Origin: Klebsormidium nitens
Taxonomy: Eukaryota; Plantae; Klebsormidiophyceae
DNA: 64,000 bases
Assembly: GCA_000708835.1 (NCBI GenBank)
Contig: DF237008.1
Span: forward strand, 62,001-126,000
Direction: 5' to 3'
The position numbers were made by a program, and so were the translations under genes. Shown one piece after another: positions 23,090 through 35,100 of this stretch (position 1 is its first letter; each line of letters begins with the position of its first letter). The notes under the pieces are model-generated. The model saw only the letters and a program-made list of their open reading frames with translations. It was not told the origin of the DNA and did not search any database.

Positions 23090-26000
23090 TCAGTGCACGT
23101 TACATTCCTGAATAAATGGTTGACTAAAGTCAACATGTCTTGTCCAAATCGGCTTGTACCTTTCTAAAGCTAGTTTCAACCAAGGCTTCATGTTTCCGTT
23201 GTAATGCAACACTGCAGCATTTTCTACCGCTTTGCTATCAACGTTGAAATCGTAACCGAGCCCGAGCACGTGCCAGGATCTATCTAACGGTTGCATCTTG
23301 TCGTAAAACGTGAGGAGGCCCGGCGGAAGAGTGCCAAGCTTCCACAGCAACCGGTCCTTGTTCTACAAGAAGAAAGAAAGTTATCAAAGCCACAAACGAA
23401 AAAGCGAAACCAACACAAGAGGATCCTTCCCTACCTAGACAGGCAAGGGAATGCCTGCTACAAGAGTCTCAAGTTTTCTTTCAAGGGGTTTTTCTGCATA
23501 GCAATGTAGAGTAAACAGCGTTGTTACCAGACACACCAGTCCACTCCAGCAGTCTTCAACGCATCCATGAGCGACACAGACATCTAGGAAGCGAGGATTG
23601 GCAGCTGATGATGTAAGCACACGAGACAGAGAGCTGGCGAATTCAGAAAGACAGACGGGTCACCGAAGCGGCCTTGACTCAGAAGCTGTGGCACCTCACC
23701 TGATCTTGCCAGTAGTGGTAAATCTTGGTGATGTCCACCTCTTTCCACCGCTTCAAGTCGAAGACGTTCATTCCGAACGCCCAGCCGCACGCATTCGGAT
23801 CGAAGTTGTCCTTCAGGCGCGAGTCCGAGAAGTTCAGATACTTGTGGTACCGATGGAACCCGGAATCGAGACACGTCTCCACGGCGCCGATCACGTTCCC
23901 CCCCAGGTCCATCTCGAACAGCGGCCCCAGGTCTTTCTGCACCACCACGTCGTCGTCCAGAAACACAATCTTCTCCAGCCGGGGGTATATCTCGGGGATA
24001 TAAAAACGGATGTGGTTGAGCATGGATAAATACTTGGGGTTGCGGAACTTGATCGTGTTCTTGGACTCCTTGAGCGACGCCTGGAAGTAGTAGCTCTGCG
24101 TCGCGGCGTCCTGCAGCTGGCGCATGACGGGGGAGTAGTCGGCGTTCAGCCACGAGAAGGACGCGATGTTCTGGACCTGGACGGCCGCGGGGGTCGGCGG
24201 GTTGAGCGCGAACCACGCGCGCATGGCGCCAAAGTTCATCTCGTCCGTGACGACGTGGAAGACGCAGCGCGCGGGCTCGGCAGCAGACTGCGGGGGCACA
24301 ACGGTGACGTCAGCTTTCTTATCACCAATATCCTGCGGTCCGAAGCGGCTTCCTTAATCTGTTGACATGAATCTGTCTAGCTTCTTGACTGGGCTCTTGC
24401 ACTCGCGGCCTGTCAGCGAGATTGATGTGCTTTGAAGTTGCGTCTGATTTCAAGACACTGGATAGCTCTGGACCTTCTATCCGTTCAAGAAACTTGGTTG
24501 TAGGACGTGTCAGCAAACTCTATCGTGAGTGTGGCATAGGCCGAACGCGTAAAAGATCGTGCAATAAACGAAACCGTCGACACATCAAAACTGAGTGCTT
24601 TGATGTACGCAACTTGAGCACCGTGAAAGCTCATAGCTCGCCAGTGCTTGAAGGAGGCTGCATCCACGTATATCCCAAACGACAACCTCACACCCGGGTA
24701 GAGAGTGTAAGCTCAATCGCTCCGACGATGTTTTGACCGCGAGTTTTGCCGTTCGGCCAATTCCGGCTTGGCTCGTGCTGTTCCGCTCCGATGACGATTG
24801 AAACATATTTCTCGGATGGCAGCTTCACTGAAGTACTCTAGAACAATGTGGACATCTTTCATCAAAGTAAACGTGCAAAAGAAAGTGGCCCGCTGTCATT
24901 GGCAGCCGTTGCAAGTCCCCTCTCTCGAGAGTGGAAACTAGAAGCAGTCGCAGCGGCTCGCCAAGATTGTCGGCTCCCTCGATCCCGTCTGTTACCACAA
25001 AAGCATGGTCCACTCGCACGCACTCACCCCTTTTCACATTGGCTCCCGCCACATAAGCCTTTTGCTTGGCAGAACAGCGTCCTCCGCCTCCTGTTCTGTC
25101 ACCTTTCTGCCGTCGTCTCTACTTACGGCCACGTCAGCAGAGAGTGGCTGCTGATGTCAGCAACGAGCGAAGCCGCTCCGAACGCTCACCGCGATGGTCG
25201 ACCGGACGACCACGGACACTGCCAGCACGTTGTCCGAGAAGATGCAGAAGTGGTGCAGGCCGGTGTCCTCGAGCCGCTCCGGGTGGCTCGCTTCCTCCAG
25301 CGCCCGCTGCAGCTCGTCCGTCTTGGCGCCCCACTCTGACGTCAGCCGCATCCCCAGGCAGTGCAGGCTCTTCGGGATCGCCTCCGCCGCCAGCTGGCCG
25401 TAGAAGGTGCTCTGGACGCTGTACGACTGGAGCTTCTCCTCGGTGCTCTGGGGAAAGAAGCGGAAGGCTGTCCAGATGAGGAACTGGGACTGGTTTGTTG
25501 AAGAAAGGCTTTGTTGATTCTCTTTATGATGGTCTTTTTGTGCGGGAAAAGGTCAAGAGTGTGAAGTTGAGCAACAACCAGCTCTGCTGCGCAGGGGACT
25601 TCCGGTTTGGCACTTCGAGGATGAACGAACCCTGATCCAGCAGACGTGATGGACTGGGACACGAACCGAGATACAGCGTCGCAACTTTGTCCACGTCAGA
25701 AGTTCCCCGACCAGCATCCTTGCAGAGGGAGGAATTTGAAATTGTCATGTTGAAATCTTTGAACGGACTGACCCAATTTACGGTGTGTGGTGATGGTTAC
25801 TCATTTTTGAGACGGACCTAAGAACAGCCAGACAGTGGTCGGACACGTGCTCAGTGGTTCGACATCTCTGTTCTTTAGCAACGGAAGACCGTCGTCCAAA
25901 ACACGCCTTCACATGACGTGCGGCTGACTGGATGAACCACTCACAATGAGGGATCTTTAACCGAACTCATAGAAGCCGTTTCTGAAGTAGGACGAATCTT

Positions 26001-27148
26001 CACTGTCTTTTACCTGAATCTGCGCTTTGAGCTTCATGAGCACCGTAGCGGGGTCATATCGCAGCACCCGAGCCTGCCACGTCAGCTTGCTCATCTCCTG
26101 CACCGCCGCCTGCGCTTCCCCTTTCTTGACGGGACGCCTGCTCTTCTTCGCTTCCTCCAAAAGCGCCTGGCATGCCTTCACTTGGTTGCTGAATTCTAGA
26201 GCTAGGTGGTAATTTGTGCTCTCCCTCGCAATCGCCACATACAGTCGGCCAAGAGAGATCTGATCGACTATTTGCCGGGTCCAGATGTGCTTGGGACCGT
26301 CGTACGAGTCTGCTTCGGTGACGGGAAGGCTCAACGCTGTGCTAATTGCTTCCGAGGCCTGGCCATGAGTTCCTGAGTCTGATGCCTGGATCAAGGAACG
26401 ACTGCAACTGGTCAGCCTAACTTTTAACCAAATGGTCCTCATATTTTCACTACACCCAATCTATCAGCACATTGGTGTCGCAGGACATTGCTTGCGCTGA
26501 AAACAACAGTCAATCGATGAGACTACACAAAGCGAGAAATCTTGCCAACTCGAACAGCATGATAGAAGGTTCTTCACTTTAAGAGGTGATATTCTTACCC
26601 CAGCCGCCTGCTGATGAGCAAACTGTTCCGCCGGGTTCACAGGCAGCGTCCTGGCTACCTGCAAGTGAGTGGGGGGGGTTTCAATGGAAATCCGCATCAG
26701 GACAACCTAAGAAGGATGCTTAGCAATAAGGGAGGGTGTGTAGTCAGGTTTGCAAGAGACGGCTATTTATCAAGGGAAGTCCTCATCGCTGTAAGGGCCA
26801 CACTGACCATGCTTGATCCCAATTTGCAGACATCACCTGACAGTCTGGATGGCATCGGTCAGAGCATAGGTAGGCTGTCAGGAGTGATTCAATAGAGTCA
26901 TGGTATGCTCCAGGTTGCAGAGCATTTCAGCACGAAGACGATGCTGGGACAAGGTTAGACATGCTCACCTTCTGAGCAACTTGAGGAACTTTACCCTTTG
27001 GAAAGACGCCAAGCGGATCCCACCCCAGGAGGACAAGTAGGAAAAGTGTCCCGGACAAGATTGCTAGAACGAGCGGAACCAGGGGCAACTTCTTCTTGCC
27101 AGAGGCCGAGCGACCTAGCTTCCAAGCTTCTTTTCCTGGTCGCCGCAT
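23090..27148 (-). CDS. GAUT: Galacturonosyltransferase (GT8, GAUT family; GAUT10/11-like)
   Basis: Exons 27148-26969 (type II TM anchor), 26385-26014, 25447-25190 (AEAIPKSLHCLGMRL...HHFCIFSDNVLAVSVVV), 24287-23700 (HVVTD...LSMLNHIRFYIPEIYPRLEKIVFLDDDVVVQKDL...CGWAFGMN), 23362-23090 (LWKLGTLPPGLLTFY...WHVLGLGY...HYNGNMKPW). DxD motif intact. Confidence 0.95.
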
Positions 27149-29156
27149 CTCGGTTGTGATTGGATTGGCTGTTGTTGAGCCCCACGGTAGGGTATCGGCA
27201 CTCTGCCTGCAGTCGGATACTTCATTCTTAAGCACGGGGTCCTGCATTTTGCGCTTGTGATTTTACAGCGATAATCGTCAGGTTTCTGGAGTCTAAAGTG
27301 GACAGAGAAGTCGATGATGCTTGTGCTTACAGCAATCAGTCTCGCGAGTGTCTGCTTTCCACACCTACGCCCTCAACTATCTGCAGTAGGCCTTCACCTG
27401 CACTCTCTTGGAGACAGCACTGTTTACTCAGACCTGACAGCTTGGTGGCAACAACTGCATTATTAGCGGAGGTGCTGACACCCTGATGGAGAAGCATGCT
27501 AGCTAGATCCTGCTATCCAGAAGGTCATCTGCTGAAGCTAAGCTCAGCTTGACCATCAGAAATCTTTTTGCCACAAGGTCCCTCAATCTTGATGCAACTA
27601 CAGATACGCTTGCTTTGAACATGAAAAGTCAATACAGCAATGATCCGGCGCTCACCACTTTTGCCACCTCTTGGAACACAGTACTTTGCTGTGAGATCCT
27701 TGTTGCCTACATTACCTGCCCCTGTACTGCGAAGCGATGCCCTTTCTTTGAAGCAGGGCCAAGTGTCACCTGTCTTCAACGCTGATCATTAGCAGTTGGG
27801 AGGATGACCTCGAAATTGACATCACCACCAATATGAACTTTCTTAGACTAGAATAATGACAGGTTGCTGCCTTCTGGATGATCAGAAGTTCTCTACACAG
27901 AACCTGCGTGCAACGCGCCAGAAAGCTCAGAAGCTGCTAGTTACTGACCCCTGGATACAAGCATCTTCTACATACAGCAAACACGTACCTCTTATCTGAC
28001 TCCTAAGCTGCCCAGTACTCCTTGCATTGCAATTGGCACCGTGCTTTTGATTGGAATGCCAAAACTTTGCGTCGAGTCCTGACCTTGACTCGTCTCATGA
28101 TCGAAGGCCACCATGATTGGGCCGGCTCAGGCCAGCAATTGCAGCGACATTGGAAGAGATAGCCGTCCTTTGAAGGTCGCCCTTAGCTCGGCTAAGCTAT
28201 ACGGTGTTCAAACTCTGATTGATCTGCAAATCACTTGCGCCGTCCAATCTACCGTACACTATCGGACGGTTAGATGCACCGTTGTTGTTCCAAACAGGAT
28301 GGGCAGGCTACAGAGCGTTCACGCGCGGCCATTTTCAAGCACCTTTCAAGGACTAGATGCTCGCTTGCATGATCCACAAGCAGGCAACTTTTGGCAGGGA
28401 AATACCGAGGTATAAAGTAATATATGTATACCGGTATGCGGGCCAGAGAACTAATTTGTGTGTACATACTAGCAAGGGCGACTATCATAGTATAACCTTT
28501 ATGGCTATAAGGCGAGTACGATAACAGACCACTGATTACTGGCACATGCTGCCATCAGCACATTAACGCTTGTGATTGCATGCGTCCAGATGGCCAATTC
28601 AATTGATCGACTTGGGAGGAATTTCCCTCGATTTGGAGCTCGAAACTATACACATAGACTAGGTTCAATGCCTATCCCCTAAGCCTGTTGCATTTCGATT
28701 GAACACCTCAATTCGTTTGATTGACTTAAATTCAAAATGCGCGCGGTGTACATAACTATGTAAGACCCACAATACAAAATAAAAGCAAGCATAAAGGCTT
28801 TCATGACTCGCTCCATTTGGCACAGGAGTTACCAAAGCCAATGAACCTGCGGTGAAAAGCGTACTGCTTTGTAAGGTTTTGGAAGGGCCGTGACCCACAC
28901 GCCCTGGCTGGGTCAAACCCAATACAAGGGACAAAGTGCTGCAAACAACACCAAGCTGACTTCTTGCACTAATTCGGGACCAGTTAAAGCCCAAGTCTCT
29001 GGGCTGCATACTAGGCTACAAGTCAAACAATGTCTAAACGGAAACCCACGAGCGCAAAAGCACGGCGGACTTGTGTCCACTCGTTGCTTGACATACGGAG
29101 GGGCGCGGTTGCTTGCTTGACAAGTGGAGCAAGTCGACACGCGTGAGCTCGTCCCG

Positions 29157-32100
29157 CTAGATCGAATCCAGGCCCCGGAACATGTCCTCGGCGATGTCGT
29201 CATAGTCCTCGATGCCGCAGCTGAAGCGGACGAGGTTGTCCTTGATGCCGAGGCGGGCCCTCTCTTCCGGGCCGTAATCCCTGCACCGATAAAGTGAGAC
29301 AACGATGATGATATCGCGGCAGTCTGCGTAGCCTTCCCACAAGGGGCCAGAAAGGAAATGGTGATGCAGGGAGGAGGACTGCTGCTAGGATTCCCCTCTG
29401 GTGACAATGATGCGTCGGTCGCTAATAAGATGCCGGACAGCTCTGTAAAAGCAGTTTCCGTCTGCTCATTCACATCGCCAAGCTCGATACACTCCGATGA
29501 AGCCACGTAATCGCCGGATAGTGTTGTTGCGGTGACTAAACACTCGGTTCCCGAAAACTTGGAGCAGCCAAACCAAGTCGTCCTAACGGATCAAACTGCT
29601 TCATCGTCTCTGTAGAGCCTCCGTGCAAGTACCTTTTTGACCCGTCTCTCTGACACCCGCATGACAACCTCGAGACTCGCTCCTTAGAGACCCAAGACAT
29701 CGGCATAAAGTCGTGTCAAAAATATTGACGAACTTCCATCAAGACCTGTTATTTGGTGGTTTGGTTATGCTTCCAAGCAGTGCATAGCACAGACGAATAT
29801 CAGTATCCCCAAACCACATTAGAGTGACGTTTCCTTATCTCCAATGATAAATAAGGAACTCAACGAGGACGGGTGGGGCTGGTATGGGGTTTAGGGTGGA
29901 TCCGGGTGGAGCATGTCATGTTTTCCAAAGAGCTGTGGTGTTTGCGACCCAGAAATACCTCATCGTTATCCCTTTTGAATCCTTTTGCGACTAAAGTTAC
30001 ATAGTTCTCAAATCGCGAGCAATCCAGGGGGATCCCTCACCAATAAGAGATTATGGTGGGCTGCTCCACGAGGCTCTCCACCCCCCCCAGGGACGGGGCA
30101 ATGTACGGCAGCCGCAGACTGTCAATAAACTTGGCGGTCCGCCACAGGTCGCCGTTGATCTGCGTATTCAAGGCGGGGAACAAAATCAGCGTCACTGGAA
30201 GGGACATCAATGAAAAAAGGACGGGGCAATGTAGGGCCACCGTTGGCTGTCAGTGGACTTGGCCGTCCGCCACAGGTCGCCGTTGATCTGCGTATCGAAG
30301 GAGGGCAGGAAACTTAGCGTCCATAGGAGGGCTAAACATCTAAAGAATCGAGAGGGACGGGGCAATGTACGGCAGGCGCAGATTGTCAATGACTGGCGGC
30401 CCGCCACAGGTCGCCGTTCATCTGCGTATCGAAGAGGAAACTTAGCGTCATTAGATGACCTCAACAGTGAAAACTCAAAAGGGACGGAATAATTTACTTA
30501 TACTACAGCCGCAAGCTATAGATGGTATTGGCGGTCCGCCACAGGTCGCCGTTGATCTGCGTGTCAAGGGGGCGAGAGGACAATTAGATGGGGCTCCGCG
30601 GTGAAAAGCAAAAAGGGACGGTGGAACATACGACAGCCGCAAACTGTCAACAAACTTGGCAGTCCGCCACAAGTAGCCCTTGATCTGCGTGGCAAAACCG
30701 GCAACAAGCTTTGGGTGCTTCCTCGAAAAGAAAGCTCCGGTCGAGATACACCGAACAACTCCTACCCGCCGGTAAAAGTCCCCGATGGAACTCGAAGCCG
30801 ATACAGTGCACCTTGCAACTGCTGACGTCGTCACAGGCGACCCTGGGGTTTGCTTCTGTGATTTACTTCGGGAGCCTGCTGTCCTTTATATACTGCAATC
30901 AGGGCAGGAAGTGTGGAGGAGCACACTCATAATGGATGCTGTCAATTCGCTCGTAGTGCGGCTACCCATTTGCCGGCCTCTCCACCAGGAGATATCGAGT
31001 CCTCACCTCAAAGCTAACCACTCCTCCGTAGCCCTTCATTTGACGCCTCGCGATGTCGTGCTCCGGGTGTGACGTCAGACCCGGGTAGTGCACACGCGAG
31101 ATCTGCATTAGGAAGAAACCAATAAATATGCATTGCGCCTCCTGCACTCCGCTAAGAAAGCTCGGAAAGCTGGGAAAGTTCGGAAAGCTTCCGAAGATCT
31201 CAATCAGGGACCTCTGTTGGTTTTATGGATCTGGATTTAACAAGGCGACAACATCCAATCACGTGGAAAGACTTACTGCTTGGTGCAGTATTTCAAGTGG
31301 ACACAGGTCACTGGAAGATGCTAATCGCGTGACCGCATCAACATCAATTGGAACAGACGTGGAGCCACTGAAACGAACGTCCACAGCCCCAGAATAACGG
31401 TTGAGATTCCAGAGCGGTCGCCTCAGGACCAAGCGGACTCTTTCAATCTCTAAAAACGCTTGAAAGTCGCTCGGATCGGAGCAGCAAAAGCCCACACGGT
31501 AAGTCGCAGTTTCCTTCGAGACCCCTCTTCCGACGTCGTTCCAACGAGGGACGTCGAGATCCACACAACAAGGTCGTCGAGACTGGATCAGACAGAGGAA
31601 AGCAAACAGAGGGCGTCCACAAATCGGAAGGGTATCGGACGAGGCTTTCTCCAACGTAAGGAGGTCGGAGAAAGCCCGAAAGGGTCGGAAGTCCGCAAGA
31701 ACCAAAACGGGCTGTGATGGTCCAAGCTCCGAAACGGCCAACTCGGAAGGGCCTCACCTTGGGGTGGCTCTCGAGCGCCTCGGCGAGACGCAGCGCAGTC
31801 TGGTTCTGCTTGTGCACGCGGAGGTCCAGCGTCTTCATGCCGCGCAATATGAGGTACGCCGCGTGCTGTAGGAAGCAAAAGAGCATTCTCAACGGGGAGC
31901 ACAAATAAGGAGACTCACACAGCAAGGCCGCTCTTCACAGGACAATAAGCACGTATTCCTCGTAAATGGCATGAGCAAGTCCTTTGATGAGTGATGATTC
32001 CTGCAGCAATGGGGCAGCAGGAAGAGCATGCTCAAAGGGGAGCGCAAGTGCGGAGGCCCCCAGAGCAACGACATAGTTAAAGTCTAGTGCTTTGTAAGGT

Positions 32101-35100
32101 ACACTAGTAACAAGGAACTCGACAAGGGGACGGTCAGGATTAGTCCGAGGGTTAGGGTGGGTTGGGGTGCGGGGCAGGTCATTTTGTGCTTAGGCTTTCG
32201 GGTTGGGGAAAGAGGAAATTTCTCTTCGTGAGGTTACTCTTAGATCCTCGTTACCTTCAAACAGTATGGTTAGACAGCAAGGCCGCTGTTCAATCGAGAA
32301 AACCAGCACGTCTTCATAGATTGCTCAATCCATGAGCAAGACCTTTTGACAGGTCTACCTTCCCAGGCAAGGAAGCGAAGCGAAGCAAGAAGTGAGGCAC
32401 ACCAGAAGGGTGCACTGCAGACATGCGCACGAATAATTTTCGAAAGTGGACGTGGATGTTTCAGAGCAGGACGCTCGGTCTTTCGCTCAACATCGTGGCG
32501 AACTTTCAACCCGAACAGTCCTGGCTTCCACGGTTTGCTATCTTGATAACGATGGACGGTTCACGAGACTGCAGCCTCCGTCTCCGACAATCGCACGCTC
32601 CTTCGTTCAAGACCCTGGCGACCTTTCAACGCACAATGAACCCAAAAGCGTGCTCTCGGGATGTTGGAATAGCCGTATTCGGGGCAAGAACCGTTCGAAA
32701 CCGATCAGGAGATAACCGGATGTCGACGAGCGGTGGTCTGTACGCAATTGGGGGACGCACTTGCCACAGGGCCATTTCCTTGCGTCAGCAAACGTCACAC
32801 AACCCAAAGTGCTGCAAACCCTCGTCATATAATTGCATAGAACCCCTTCTCTGACTGTGGGCGACGAGACTCTTGTGGCTGGGGCTAATAGCGATTAAGA
32901 ACCTAACAGAAAATCGATGAGGCGGCTTTAATAGGTTACAAAAGTGGACCTCAAAAGGTCAAAGGTTTCCGACTGAAAACTACTTACAGAGTCAACGACC
33001 CCCCCAAGGACGTTGTGCAGCTGCCGGACCTTAGCCACCTCGGGCTTCCTTCCGCTGAGCGAGCCCGCCAAGACCTGCGGAAACGAACAGAATCTTGAAC
33101 TTAGAAGCTATTTCAAAAGGTTGACGTCAAAGGGGAGCGTGCAACCTGAGTTTGAAATCTCGCCAGAAGGGCAATGAATCCAAGCTGTCTTCAGGAAGGG
33201 AAAATTTCTCAAGGACGAGGCCCCTGGCCAACGATTCAAATGACGAAGTCAAGAAATGATACCAACGAAAGGTCTCTTTCGGAAAAATCTTTGACAAGTA
33301 TTTCTGTCAAGAGTGCTTCTGTCAAGAAAAGCGGGTCGACCTGAATATCGAATCCAGATCAACCCGGAGCCAAATTGAAATCATTGAAATCAAGCAATCC
33401 GAGATTCAAGTTCCTGGTGTCCCACAAGAACCGCACCGAGCGCGACCCAATTGACATCAAAGAGTGTCGACCCAACGTCCGAATTGACCCAACATGAACC
33501 CAGAACCAAGCAAGCAGAGCAAAAGGCAACTCACGTCCTGGTCTCCCGTGAGGTACTTGGTCGCCGAATGGAGCACGAGGTCTGCGTCCAGCGAACCTGG
33601 TTGGCAAGAACTTGATGCAATACAAACCCTACACCCAAAACCGAACCCAAAACCAAGCAACTGGAGCGAAAACCAACTCACGTCCTGGTGCCCGGCGAGA
33701 TACTTGGTCGCCGAATGGAGCACGAGGTCTGCGCCGAGCGGGATCGCCTGCTGGTTGATGGGCGTCGCAAACGTCCCGTCGATGCACACGAGCGTGCCCC
33801 GCTCGTGGCACATCTGCGACACGAGCTCGATGTCGATGCAGCGCAGGTACGGGTTCGTCGGCGACTCGGAGAAGAAGAGCGTGACGTCATGCTCGTCCAG
33901 CGTGCGCTCGAGGGAGGCCATGTCGGACGGGTCGATGACGGTCGTCTGCAGTGGGGAGCGGGTTGATTGAAATCTCGGTTGAAGCCGGAGAAGTTTCATA
34001 AGATTCTCAATCACAAGCTCGGTCCTGCCTGACGTTCTTAGAGAAAAGATAACGGTGAGTATGATGGTTATGCTTGCCAGAGGAGTATCTGACCAGGCAA
34101 TTGTTCAAATAGGGCCGCCTTCTCATCAGTCGACTTCTCCGCAACCCCAAATTTCCAGTCGCCAAAGTGCATGGCTCCTTCCAACTCCTGTGGAACCACT
34201 CATAATTGCGTGCTCTTACTAGTACTATATGTGGCAGCACGATCAGCACCGGCCTCCTTTCGTCTCCGAAGCACCGCTAACATCACCGGTCCGGCCCGGA
34301 GAGTTGATCATCAACAGAGATGAAGAACCACCCTGAGCGCTCTTCACAACTCCTTGCTCTCACACACTGATGCCCTTGAGCAGCAGCAGCTTTTTACCCG
34401 ACCCCAATAACTCATCATCAAAGCAATTAAAAACCATACCAGCCGCTTGAAACAAAAAGTTGCTCACTCACGCTGATTCCCATACGCGGCAAGACAGTCT
34501 GGATGAAGTGGCGCGTATGCCAAACCGAACCAACCTGACCCCAGCAATACAGTAACGACAGTCCTAGACAAATGCCCCTTTGACCGACTTTTGCTCACTC
34601 ACGCTGATTCCCATGCGCGGCAGCACGGTCTGGATGAACTGCCGCGTGCGGCGGTAGCAGTCGGTGGTTGTCACGATGTGGCCACCGTCCGGCACCAGCG
34701 CCAGCAGCATGGTCGTGGCGCTGTTCATGCCGGAGGACGACACCAGGGTGTCCTCGGCACCCTCAAGCGCACTGCAGGAGATAAGATTGAGGGTCAAAAG
34801 GACGAATACATTGGTGGAGAGAAACGATATCTAGCAAATCCGGGAGTATGCGATATGGAGCAGCGCCAGCAGCATGATCGTTGCGCTGTCATGCCCGAGG
34901 ACGACACCAAGGTATCCTCAGCGCCCTCCAGCGCACTGTAACCAAAGAAGACGAGTGGGTCGTGAAATGAAAAAGAAAAATGCTTTGAAAAAAGTTGTTC
35001 AAATAGTCGCAACAAAGCACCGCCAGCAGCATGGTCGTTGCGCTGTTCATGCCAGAGGACGATAACAAAGTATCTTCTGCTTCTTCCAGCGTGCTGCAGC

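Noticed and set aside
23584-24216. 210-aa minus-strand ORF and overlapping plus-strand ORFs
   Set aside because: These are alternative frames or antisense shadows of the GC-rich GAUT exon; only frame 23679-24299 carries GT8 motifs.
30160-30700. Regularly spaced repeats as a possible CRISPR array
   Set aside because: The units are 128-135 bp decayed copies of the host exon junction, inside a spliceosomal intron, with no short identical repeats, unique spacers or cas genes.
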